DNA of 64,000 nt, from assembly GCF_009914755.1 (NCBI RefSeq), contig NC_060927.1; one strand, given 5' to 3'. A program made the translations under genes and the position numbers. The number at the start of each line of letters is the position of its first letter. Positions within the stretch are counted from its first letter, which is position 1. Source of the DNA: the human T2T-CHM13v2.0 reference genome, Homo sapiens. Shown here one piece after another: positions 1 to 56,420 of this stretch. The notes under the pieces are model-generated. The model did no database searches. It saw nothing but the letters and a program-made list of their open reading frames with translations, and was not told the DNA's origin.

Positions 1-1212
<1,212 letters not shown>

Positions 1213-1868
1213 GATCACTGTTATATTATTCACCCACATGATAACTAAACATGCTCAGCAGAACAGGGATTTCCAAGAGTGACATAGTTGTATGGACAAT
1301 GCTAGAACTGAAGAGAGGAAGCTCTGAACCTCAAAGAAATTGAGGCCTGCTTATTCAGGACTGCTCTAGAAAAATTAGACTTGAAAAGAGACCAACAGAA
1401 TGTAAATAGCTGGAATGGCCAGCAGCAAAATAAGCTTGTATTAGGAGGATAGTGAGAAAATAGAGATTTCTTGGATGGGAATCACCCTGGGAAATAAGTC
1501 AACTTGCCAATGGTGATACTGTACACAGCTGGACGTTGAAGAATACCACCCTTAAAATACAAGAAACTGGAATATTGCAGATTCTAGGCAGGGGATAAGA
1601 GGCTTACTCTCCATAATCAACTTGTATTTTTAAACTTTATAATATGCGCAAGCATTCCACAGCTCCTATAACTTTTTGCAGTAGTGCCCTCAAATACATA
1701 AATTATATGCATACATATGGATGTGTTAACTACTGTTATAAATATGAGCCACTTATTACAGAAAATATGTCAATTTGCCTTCATTGTTTCTGGTCACAAT
1801 CTGTATCTTGGGATAATACAGGATATGAACCAAATGTTTCAAAGTCAAATCTAAATCTTATTTATCCA

Positions 1869-7850
<5,982 letters not shown>

Positions 7851-8148
7851 TTTTAATGGTGTCTAGAACTGAACATCATTCCTTTTTAGGAGGGGCTACA
7901 ATTCTACCAGTGCTATTTAGGACCACATCAGCTTTTCTGTCAAGAGAATCCCTCTGCTCTACCCCAGCATTTCGTACTCATAGACTATGGTTCACCCAGA
8001 GAGTTAAGACACACTTAAGTGATACAGTTCCCAAAGATCTAAAAAACCTCAGAGTCAAAGCTTAAAAAGTTAGCTTGTCCAAGCTAAATGTTTCTAAGGC
8101 CAAAGTCTTTCTTCAGTTTAATTCACACATGATTAAGGGCCTACTCTA

Positions 8149-10117
<1,969 letters not shown>

Positions 10118-10442
10118 TTACAAATTCTTAATGCCTGGTGTTACAAAAGAAAAAAAAAAAGAAGAAAGAGAATTAAAAAAAGATTAGAAACAATTTAAAC
10201 ATCCATCCATATATAAATACAGAAAAAATATGTTACATTGACACAATACAAAGCAGTCCTGAAAAAAGAATAAAGCAGTTCTACACCTACAGATACATGG
10301 CATCAAATATATTAAGTGATAAGAGAAGACATAGAATAATGACCATGCTATGCTGCCATTTGTGAGAGTGGGGGTTTACATGTATATATTCATAAATTAT
10401 TCATAAATGCACAGGTTATCTCTAGAACATACAGTAGTACAC

Positions 10443-10575
10443 AGTATACAGGAGGATGTGTGCAGGTTACATGCAAATACTACACCATTTTATCTAAGAG
10501 ACTTGAGCACCCATGGATTTTGACATCCACAGGGAATCCTGAAACCAATCCTTCACAGATACCAAGGGATAAATT
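10443..10575 (+). mobile_element. MER2-like (TcMar-Tigger) DNA transposon fragment
   Basis: 'gtatacaggaggatgtgtgcaggttacatgcaaatactacaccatttt...gacttgagcacccatggattttg...gaaaccaatcc...agataccaaggga' resembles the MER2 3' end as I recall it. Confidence 0.7.
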
Positions 10576-10630
10576 GCATTCAAATAAATAATTACGCACT
10601 TAGCCTGGTGCCTGCACAAAGAAATCCTCA

Positions 10631-12855
<2,225 letters not shown>

Positions 12856-13059
12856 TCAAGATGGAAACTCATATTTAGTGATTCAGTTTGACCAGAGAAT
12901 AAAATCATGGAGGTCCTGACTTCATGACTCCCTATTATTCACTGCCTCCAGCCTGCACACAGCCATGCAGCCATCTCCATCCTGGAATTCTCTCGCTCAA
13001 AACCCAATATGCTCCTAAATGTCTAAAATCTAACTCCTCTGCCTGGCAGTCAGGCAGAA

Positions 13060-13190
13060 ACAAAGAACTGTGTCATCAAGTTCTGGCTCTAGCTCATTTA
13101 TTCACTGTGTGACCTTGGGAAAGTTCCCCTAACTTCCTTTTTCTTATTTGTAAAACAAGATGGTTTAACTATATGCTCTTTAATGTCCAT
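13060..13190. mobile_element. MIR-like fragment
   Basis: 'ttctggctctagctcatttattcactgtgtgaccttgggaaagttcccctaacttcc...ttcttatttgtaaaacaagatgg' resembles the MIR core. Confidence 0.6.
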
Positions 13191-13951
13191 TTCAGCTATA
13201 AATTCCACTTGGTCAAGCAACTCTACAGCTCACAATGCCTCAGCTTTTGTTCCAGTCAAACAACTCTCCAAGATCCTTCCCACAGCCTACAAGGTGCTGC
13301 ATGGACTCTACCTCTCTTTTTGGCTCATCTTACACCCTTATCCTACACACCTCTTGACCTCACTCTCTCCTCTCAGGCTAGAATGGCCTCCTTTTAGTTC
13401 CTCCAAAATGCCAGGCTCCCTCCTGCTAAAGAGCCTTCCCATGTGCTGGACTCAATGCTTCCTTTTTTAAAATAATAAATATTTCATAACATCCCTTTAC
13501 CATTGGAAACAAAATGTATACATAATACAAACTAAACAAAACTTTAGTTACATATATGTATATGTTATATAGAGTCTTAACTGTAATATAAAGAGAAATA
13601 AAAGGAATATAACTTAGTACAAAATTATATATATGCTAATGGTAAATGCTCTGGTACGACTACATTATAAGTCATAAAAAGGTAGTCGAAGCTTAAACCT
13701 AAACTTAAAATTACTGAATATCACAGCTACAAAGGCAGACTGATGTGCACATATTGTCTTGGTGATTAAACATCACTACCGGGCCGGGCGCAGTGGCTCA
13801 CGCCTGTAATCCCAGCACTTTGGGAGGCCAAGGTGGGTGGTTCACAAGGTCTGGAGATCGAGACCATCCTGGCTAACACGGTAAAACCCCGTCTCTACTA
13901 AAAATACAAAAACTAGCCAGGCGTGGTGGCACGTGCCTGTAGTCCCAGCTA

Positions 13952-14077
<126 letters not shown>

Positions 14078-14267
14078 TCACTACCAACATATGCCACTGG
14101 TGACATAAATTTTAAATTTTAGAAAGATAACTCTTGGTAAAGTTCTGAACAAACTAAAGCATAATCTCCTCTAGATTTCCAAAGAAGGTGAATTCTGGGA
14201 AAACTGAATATTAAAACCATGCCATTTTTATATTTTGTTTATGTGTAAAATGAAGTTAGGATTTAGG

Positions 14268-14757
14268 CAATGGTTTCAACCTGGGCTATACATTAGAATA
14301 AGAAGGACATTTTTAAACAATACTGATGCCGAGGTATCATCTCAAAGATTTTTATATAATTCGTATGAGGTACAGCCTCATCATCTTTTAAAAACTTCCT
14401 AAGTAGGCCAGGCATGGTGTGGCTCACACCTGTAATCCCAACGCTTTAGGAGGCCAAGGCGGGCAGATCATTTGAGGCCAGGAGTTTGAGACCAACCTGG
14501 AAAACATGGTGAAACCCCATTTTCACTAAAAATACAAAAATTAGCTGGGCATGGTCACAAGTGTCTGTAGTCTCGGGCTACTTGGGTGGCTGAGGCAGGA
14601 GAATCGCTTGAACCTCAGGCAGAAGCTGCAGTAAGCTGAGATTGTGCCACTGCACTCCAGCCTGAGCAACAGAGCGAGACTCTGTCTCAATCAATCAATC
14701 AATCAATAAAGCCTTCTCAAGTGATTTTGATGTGCAGCCAGAGTTGAGATCCACTGT
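14268..14757. mobile_element. MER5-like (hAT-Charlie) element split by an AluS (about 14406-14710, with an (ATCA)n tail); a neighbouring AluS lies at about 13782-14077
   Basis: Ends resemble MER5: 'caatggtttcaacctgggctatacattagaat...' and '...gtgattttgatgtgcagccagagttgagatccactg'. Confidence 0.6.
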
Positions 14758-15170
14758 TACGGACTAAAACAAATAGGTTTTCACCTATGTGAACTGAAAA
14801 TTGATGATCTTACAGGACACAAAACAAATCTTTGCTTTGCAAGACTGTTGCACACTTTATATTACTAAGGCTAACATGACTGGCCTTTGCACACTAAATG
14901 CTAATATATCCCCCAATAATTGTACAAGCTAAAATCGTCCCCTGCTCTCATTCCTGAAACAGCCCCTAAACATCAGTCAACCCCAGATGAGAAACACTGA
15001 CCTACATAATTCACCTTTCACATCTCAATTCAAACATCACCTCAGAATTTCCTGTTACAATATTATTACATTACTCATTAATAGGAATAAATGTAATAAC
15101 AATGATAGTATTCCCCACATATTGTAACCACACCTTTGTGGTTTTTTAACCTAACTCATTTATGTGGTAA

Positions 15171-18440
<3,270 letters not shown>

Positions 18441-18479
18441 TTTAAAATAAAAAAACTATCAGTAGGCTAACTTATTAAA

Positions 18480-19200
18480 CAGTAAAGGAAAACTTCAAAT
18501 CGGGTTATAATTCTGATCATCTGAAATACTGATTACTTAAATCACAAGAGCTCATTCATTTAAGCAAGTAAAGTACAAATGTATCAAAATGGAGTTTGAG
18601 CTCTTGTTGACAGTTACCAATGACTCAGCAGGTAAGGAATTCATGGAATTCAGGTCTTCATGGTCTAGAAAGCACTGTAGCTAAACCACCCAGTTAATAC
18701 CAAATCATCTGCTGGTTATCTAACTCCTTCCATCTTTTCTCAACTTCACAACTGCCATTACTTCTAAGTGGCAGGAGAAGAAGATAAATTTGAAATCAGT
18801 AAATATTATAAATTAGTTATTAGAAATACAAGAAAAAACTGTGGTCAGGAATGTGGTTAAACTGTAGTTTAAAACAAAGCCTTTGGATTACCCATGGATT
18901 TAGTTTAATCCATATAATCCTCCCCCTGCAGGCATGGATAATCAGGATCGCATTTCCCTTGAGGGCAAATCAGCATTTGCCTGGTGGTCTCCTGAATGCC
19001 TGAAGCACCAGAAGACAAACTACAGGACCAGGGATGCTGTCCTTGGGTTTACACTGGGGAGAATTCTGAGCTGCAGACCTATCTCTAGCAATACTATAAT
19101 ATAGGAGATGACTGTTGAGATTCACATTCTTGATTCCAGCAGTAAGCCAGCTACTCCCAGTTAAAGGGTCAACCTCAGGTGATCTGCTAAATATCTGAGG
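18480..19200. promoter_or_regulatory. Candidate intronic enhancer (NFE2/NRF2 ARE, GATA and RUNX motifs)
   Basis: Repeat-free stretch with ATGACTCAGCA (18620-18630), TTATCT (18716-18721), AGATAA (18782-18787), TGTGGTC (18840-18846) and TGTGGTT (18852-18858). Motif evidence only. Confidence 0.4.
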
Positions 19201-19208
19201 AGCTATTA

Positions 19209-19781
<573 letters not shown>

Positions 19782-19784
19782 GAT

Positions 19785-21353
19785 TTGAGAAGGCAGCTAC
19801 AGAGATGGGAAAGGACTCCTTCAAGTATGCCTGGGTCTTGGATAAACTGAAAGCTGAGCATGAACATGGTATCACCATTGGTATCTCCCTATGAAAATAT
19901 GAGAACAGCAAGTATTACGTGACCATCACTGATGCTCAAGAAGACAGAGACTTTATCAATAACATGATTATAGGGACATCTCAGGCTGACTGTGCTGTTC
20001 TGATTGTTGCTGCTGGTGTCGGAGAATTTAAAGCTGGTATCTCCAAAAATGGGCAGACCTGTCAGCATGCCCTTCTGGCTTATATGCTGAAGTGTGAAGC
20101 AACTAATTGGTGTTAACAAAATGGATTCCACTGAGCCACCCTACAGCCAATACAGATATGAGGAAATCATTAAGGAAGTCAGCACTTACATTAAGAAAAT
20201 TGGCTACAACCCCGACACAGTAGCATTTGTGCCAACTTCTGGTGGGAACAGTGACAACATGCTGAAGCCAAGTGATAACATGCCTTGGTTCATGGGATAG
20301 AAAGTCACCCATAAAGATGGCAATGCCAGGGGAACCATGCTACTCGAAGCTCTGGACTGCATCCTACCACTAACTCATCCAACTGACAAACCCTTGCATC
20401 TGTCTCTCCAGGATGTCTACAAAACTGGTGATATTGGTACTGTGCCTATAGGCCAAGTGGAGACTGGTGTTCTCAAACCCGGAATGGTGGTCACCTTTGC
20501 TCCAGTCAATGTTACAACTGAAGCAGTCTGTTGAAATGCACCATGAAGCTTTGGGTGAAGCTCTTCCTGCAGACAATGTGGACTTCAATGTCAAGAATGT
20601 GTCTGTCAAAGATGTTCATCACGGCAACGTTGCTGGTGACAGCAAAAATGACCCACCAATGGAAGCAGCTGGCTTCACTGCTCAAGTGATTATCCTGAAC
20701 CATTCAGGCCAAATCAGTGCTGGCTATGCCACTGTACTGGATTGTCACACAGCTTACACAGCTTGCAAGTTTGCTGACCTGAAGGAAAAAGATTGATCAC
20801 CATTCTAGTAAGAAGCTGGAAGATGGCCCTAAATTCTTGAAGTCTGGTGGTGCTGCCATAGTTGATATGGTTCCTGACAAGCCGATGTATGTTGAGAGCT
20901 TCTAGGACTATCCTCCTCTGGGTCATTTTGCTGCTCGTGATATGAAACAGAGTTGCCGTGGGTGTCATCAAAGCAGTGGACAAGAAGGCTGCTGGAGCTG
21001 GCAAGGTCACCAAGTCTGCCCAGAAAGCTCAGAAGGCTAAATGAATATTATCCCTAATACCTGCCACCTGAGTCTTAATCAGTGGTGGAAGAATAGCCTC
21101 AGAAATGTTTGTTTCAATCAGCCATTTAGGTTTAATAGTAAATGACTGGTTAATGATAACAATGCACTGTAAACCCCTCAGAAGAAAAGGAGAATGTGTT
21201 ATGGACCATTTGGGTTTTTTTTTTTTTTTTTTTTTGGCATGTGGCAGTTTTAAATTATTAACTTTTAAAATCAGTAGTTTTTAATGGAAACAACTGGACC
21301 AAAAATCGGTCACAGAATTTTGAGACCCATCAAAACAAAGTTTAATGAGAAAA
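19785..21353 (+). pseudogene. EEF1A1P25: EEF1A1 processed pseudogene, 5'-truncated (starts near codon 42, FEKxAxEMGK), intronless, with 3'UTR and poly-A
   Basis: Translated fragments match eEF1A1 ([27 protein letters not shown]; [13 protein letters not shown]; [22 protein letters not shown]; [23 protein letters not shown]; [13 protein letters not shown]). The native stop is at 21042-21044. Premature stops occur at 19892-19894, 20298-20300 and about 20903, with frameshifts near 20090, 20525, 20790 and 20950. An EEF1A1-type 3'UTR runs to 'tttaatgag' plus the A tail. The family call is firm; the P25 number is from memory. Confidence 0.95.
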
Positions 21354-21466
21354 AAAAAAAAGATATGGTAACTCTAAACCAAATAGTTCAGAGCATACAT
21401 ACACATACATTCTTACAACACATACACTCTCTCACACACGTGTGCAATGGGAGGGTCTCAGATTCA

Positions 21467-28175
<6,709 letters not shown>

Positions 28176-28819
28176 TAAACAGTTCTGCTTTTACCATAAA
28201 ATCTTACAATGTAGCATAAAAATCCCCAAATGATTAATGAACTGCTGAGACCTCTGACTCGTTGGAGACAATTTTATTACGAATCATATCTCCAAACTTC
28301 CATTCAGTGCTTCAAAATAAGTACTCATTTAATTATCATGACTTCACCAGACAGTCACACTGCCCACAATGATGTTTACAAAAGCACTTGTCACTCCCTT
28401 TGGATGTAGCAATGCAGAAAAAAGAGTCTGTTTCCATACTCTTCGTGTGTTTATAACTCTGTAACAAGTGGCAGAGTTCAAGTGTCACTTGAGATGAAAC
28501 AGCAAAGCACTTCAAGTTTACGTCCCACCATCTTTCATCCTAAGCGAATCCCGAATTTGCTCGGTTTCATTTCAGCAGTAATTCCCACTCAGTACCTGAG
28601 ACAGGGTTCCAATTCAGCCCTGCGGGAAGAGACTGCAGGATTCTAGTAAGGGACTATAGGATTCTATTTTGGCCACTGCGAGGTTAACAGGCTCCAATAT
28701 TAAGCAACTCCAGTATCGGTTACTGCAACACCAGAGCAGATCGGAAATAAATGTGCCCCCAAACGCACGCCAGCAGCCAGGAATTAGCAATAGCTAACAC
28801 GAGATGCTGCAGCAGGGGT

Positions 28820-28975
28820 ATCATTTACTTAGCACTTGTTCAGTTATGCCTAACCTCACAACAACCTTATGGTGTATGTATTATTATTTCCATTTAACAC
28901 ATCAGGATATTTTGGCCCAAGGCCCCAGGACTGGTCAGCAGCGGCGTTGGGATTCGAAAACATGTCCATAACCTA
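28820..28975. mobile_element. MIR-like fragment at the edge of the CpG island
   Basis: 'aacctcacaacaaccttatgg...tattattatttccatttaacac...gcccaaggcc...gggattcgaa' resembles MIR. Confidence 0.55.
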
Positions 28976-29409
28976 ATAACCCTGGGTCCACGCCTCTGAA
29001 ATACACTTCTGCGCAAAAAGGCACCTGAGGGTCGGGAAGTTCCGGAGGTGTCCGCATAGACGCGGGGCGCGAGTACGCCGTCTCTCCACAGAAACGCCCC
29101 TCAGGAACGGGACCCAAAGCGACAGTGACCCGGGACGCCCGGCAGCGTCTCTGCCGCCCGGGGGCCGGGGGGCGCCACTCACCTTGGAGAGCCCAGGGCG
29201 GGCCGCAACCAAGCCAGACGCCCCCACCGGCCGGTAGGCGGTTATCCTCCAAGCTGGCAGGAAGCGCGGTGCAACCACAAGAGTCGCCAGCGCCGCAGGT
29301 AGCGGCAAGCTAGAACGCACCGCCAGCACGCCCGGGGGCACCGCAGCCGGCGCCGCGACCCAGCCGCCCCTCAGCCGCGCCGCATCCGGGTCCCGGCCGC
29401 CGCACTCAC

Positions 29410-29645
29410 CTGCCTGGCGTTCCGCCGCCGCCGCCTGCTACTATTCCAAGTGCGCAGTCAGCAGCCCAGGCCGCCGCAACCGCTCCACTCCGGCGCCCCC
29501 ATCCCTGCCTCTCTCGATCACCTCCCGCCTGCCCCGCGCAGCACTACACTCGCCCCCTCCCCACTGCCATGGCCCGCTCCGCCGCAGCGCCGCACAGGCC
29601 GACAGAGCACGCGCGCGCCGCCGCCGAACCCGCGCCCGTGTGCGC
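29410..29645 (-). other. PIK3CB: Non-coding first exon (5'UTR), probably PIK3CB exon 1; TSS approximate
   Basis: The minus strand reads ...GGCGGCGGAACGCCAGGCAG|GTGAGTGCG, a consensus donor, immediately downstream of the GC-box/CCAAT cluster. No long ATG-initiated ORF crosses the donor. Gene identity comes from recalled locus architecture. Confidence 0.65.
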
Positions 29646-29727
29646 GCGCGCCAGCCTCTCAGGCCTGCATCCCAGCAGCCCCCGCCCCGCCCTGCGCCGC
29701 CCTCGGGCCAATCCCGGGCCCCGCGGT

Positions 29728-29748
29728 GGCGGCGGCGGCGGCGGCGGC
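29728..29748 (+). repeat. (GGC)7 trinucleotide repeat in the promoter
   Basis: Directly visible ggcggcggcggcggcggcggc. Confidence 0.95.
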
Positions 29749-30524
29749 AGTTGGGCTGGCAGGGTGTGGGGAGAGGCCTCACTGCCGATTCCTCTACCGT
29801 TGCCAGCCCGGCTGCGACGCTGCTGCACGGCCTTTCCTAACTCTCTTTGCGACTCCCAGAGGACTGCGGAATAGGGAATCCCCGGCAAGTCGCCTTCAGG
29901 AGAGACCCATCACCCGCTGCGGCCTCCATAACCTCCTCCCGAGAGATTCCGCTCTTCCTAGGTTCCTTGCTGGCCTTTTCTTCCCAGCCCTTCTCCCTGT
30001 TCTGCGACATGGACTGACTCCTAAATTCTTGGACGCAGCACTTATTTTTTTCCCGATACCCGTCTCCGTCTTTCACTCCCTTTGTGAGGATAGGGCGCTA
30101 GCTCGGCTGCCTCACAGCTGGCCCTTCAGTCCCTACACTGTGAATGGTTGTTTCTAGGGAAAAGTCCAGGCTTTCAAGCCCAAGATTCTTGTTCTTTGTT
30201 CAATTTTGCAGTAACAACACCTAACATTTGTCTGCAGAGCCTTAAACTTTACCCCTTTTTGCCTACCTTGTTTCCTGTTACCTTTGACCCCAACCGCGAA
30301 AAATCACAGTCCTCTTTCTAGTGGGACACTTAAATTTTACTTACTGAAAACCAACATTTTAACTCACTCCAAAGCTAGTATATTCTAACGTAATGCTCCT
30401 ATATTACCCTGGACAAATAGTTGAGTAGTCAGGGATAAAATCTAGAAGTACAACATAATAAAAAGCAAACGTGACAAATCAATTAAGTGACAAACCAATA
30501 GTTTATTTGAGAAATGATCCTAGT

Positions 30525-36845
<6,321 letters not shown>

Positions 36846-36849
36846 AATG

Positions 36850-36950
36850 AATTTTTTATAGCTGAGGAAAACTGAGGCCCAGAGAAGTTAACAGGCTCAC
36901 TCAAGGTCACAGAGCCAGCTGGTACACAGATCTTTCAGGCTCCTAACTTT
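36850..36950. mobile_element. MIR fragment
   Basis: 'gctgaggaaaactgaggcccagagaagttaa...ctcaaggtcacagagc' matches the MIR core. Confidence 0.7.
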
Positions 36951-37514
36951 GCTGAAATGCCTGCCAGTTGCTCCTCATGACTGGCCAAAATAGCCTTGCC
37001 ATGTGCCTTGGGTTCCCAAGTACTGATTATATCAACATTCCCAAACAAGAGGAAAATTCTCTAGGAATACTGAGGAACCATTCCTGGGCTGCTGGGATGG
37101 ATAGAATCTTGGTAGGTTTGTGAGAAGAATCAAAGAGCACTTTTATAGGAGCTGGAGGGAAGATTTATCCCGCCTGGTGACATCCTTCCTGACTTCCTCC
37201 CTCCGGAATATTGACTCTATGGCTGAAGGCCTGGGAGGATTTGGGCTCAGCTTGTGAAATCTTCCCTACCAGCCCTCCATGATCCAAGCCACATCTGCCT
37301 TATTATCTTAGCCAACTCTTCTTCAAGGCCTCAGCTTCAATTTCACTTCCTCCTGATTGCTGGCTTCCCCATGCTTCTTTAGGGACCAGTAATCCACTAT
37401 GAGACTCTCACTTCACTGTTGAGAAATGACTGGTTTTCCTGCCTGTCTCTCAGTGGGTTCCAAGCAACTTGAGGGCTGGAATGCTCCCCTATATATGGCC
37501 AGGTCCAAGCACGA

Positions 37515-40590
<3,076 letters not shown>

Positions 40591-41701
40591 TCATGCTGTA
40601 TGTTAAGTGCAATTAGCCTTCAATCCTATTAACTTGTGGCTGTAGAATAGTGTCATTCACTAAAGAAATATAAGTTGGTGTTGAGAAACAATAAATCAGA
40701 CACTTTAAAAACCAATTAGCATTGGTATGTGAAGTTAGTTAGATCAAAGATCGTATCCCAGGTTCCCAAGGGGTTTGTGGAATGTGAGCTATTCATCAGC
40801 AAATGTGCTGCCCTGTTTGTTTTTGTGGACAAGCCACCCTAGGCTACAATTTAACCTGTTTTTACGTTTAAGGAAGATAATATAATTAAATTAACATTTA
40901 CATAATCTGCTACCTTGAACACCTTGAATCAAGAATTTTCTGCCCCATTAAGGAGTCAAAGGCAGAAATAACTAAATTCGAATGCCAGTGGCCCATCTGC
41001 ACTTTCACCCGAATTCATTCAAAACTGCATTTTTGGTGGAGAGCCTATGTACAGCGCCTTAGGGAGCTCACAAGGCCTTATACTGGCAAAACAAACCCTA
41101 AGTTCAAAGGGATTACTTTAGCTTTGAAAAAAGTGCTCTGTCCCAGCCTTTTTCCTTTAAGAAAACAGCAAACCAAAGAGCTGACTTACTTAAGGGAGTT
41201 TGGTGCTTTTTTTTTGTACCAGGTTGTGATCGTTAAATCAAGCAGCACTCACAGGTCTACAGCAGTCTTGAAATACCTATGCAAATGAATGGGGGAGCTT
41301 GCACGTACAAGATGGGTCTCAAAAACAAAAACCTGGATTGTGCAATCTGTAAGGGTGGGGACATGAGCAAAATGTGAAATGACTTCCTTAGACTTCAGTC
41401 CCCTAGACTGATCAAGGGGCGGATAAATTTTGTTCCTCTTACGCAGTCAAGACTTACACGTTGGCCGGGTGAGATGGCCCACGCCTGTAATGCCAGCACT
41501 TTAGGAGGCCAAGGTGGGTGGATTGCTTGAGCCCAGGAGGTGAGCCTGGGCAACATGGTGAAACATCATCTCCTCAAAAAATACAAAAATAATTTGGGTG
41601 TGGTGGTGTGCACCTGTAGTCCCAGTTACTCTAGGAGCTGAGGTAGGAGGATCACTTGCTGCTTGGGAGGTGGAGGTTGCAGTGAACTGAGATCCCACTA
41701 G

Positions 41702-43457
<1,756 letters not shown>

Positions 43458-43531
43458 AGACACTAACTCTTAAAAAAATTTTTTTTTCTTGACCATGGGC
43501 CACCTAGTTAAAAAAAATTTTTTTTTAATTA

Positions 43532-48871
<5,340 letters not shown>

Positions 48872-49671
48872 TAGACAGAGTGTTTATTTTTATACCTCCC
48901 ACAGTTGACACAGGGCCTTGCTCTAAGTAAGTCCTCAGCTAATGAATGTTAGGTCCCTTCACCTGAATTCACATAGCCAGCAAATGCTGAAAGAGGGATT
49001 AGGACAATAGCCCCTGTTGCTTTCACATCATACTGCCTCCCACCCTCCCTCTAAGATTTTAGTTAATTTGGTGTTTTCTAGGAATATGCAATTCATGGCC
49101 TAATCGTACATGGCAGCAAAAAAAAAAAAAAAAAGAGTAAAAAAAATTTGTATTCAACTTTGGAAACATTAAGTCATCTGTTATTTGAAGGAAAAAATAT
49201 ATATAGAGAAAACACACCTGACTGTGCATATGATTAAATGGCCTTGAGGATGTAATATAAGCCAACCAAAGTACAGAAATCCAGAGTTCACCCTGCAACA
49301 GCATCCTGATATTGTGTCTGCACTTCCACTCTGGTTCTTTGAATGAGCTTCCCAGGTGTTATTTTCTAGTGATGACGTGTCTCAATATCCGGATCTCTGG
49401 GGAGCTCTGAACTGGACAGATACAATCTTAGCATACTTTTGCCAGACACAGCTTAATGCAAGCTTTCTTAAACTTTTTTTGATCCAATTCCCCGTAAGAA
49501 TGCATTTTGCATTGCAACCCAATACATAGGGAAGTGTGTCTGTATGTGTATTGATAATGTGTGCTGAAATAAAAATTTAATAAGACCTTTATTCTGTGTG
49601 ATGCACTTTGATATCAGCTAGTCCATTTCTATATTCTTTCTTTTTTTATTTTTCCTCTGATGGCGAGATTT

Positions 49672-56420
<6,749 letters not shown>

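Larger units (their letters stand above)
28950..29950. promoter_or_regulatory. PIK3CB: CpG island, TATA-less promoter
   Basis: Very high GC and CpG density. Contains GC boxes (ccccgccccgccc, about 29679-29692), CCAAT at 29708-29712, GCGC runs resembling NRF1 sites (about 29608-29652), kB-like GGGAATCCCC (29874-29883) and GGGAAGTTCC (29034-29043). The gene name is inferred. Confidence 0.9.

Noticed and set aside
19919-20796. eEF1A-like ORF fragments as a functional gene
   Set aside because: The N-terminal P-loop region is missing, there are several stops and frameshifts, no introns, and a poly-A plus TSD, so this is a processed pseudogene.
29450-30157. 235-aa + strand ORF and overlapping ORFs in the CpG island
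   Set aside because: Pro/Ala/Arg-rich, with a non-ATG start, and expected from stop-codon scarcity in GC-rich DNA. No recognisable domain.
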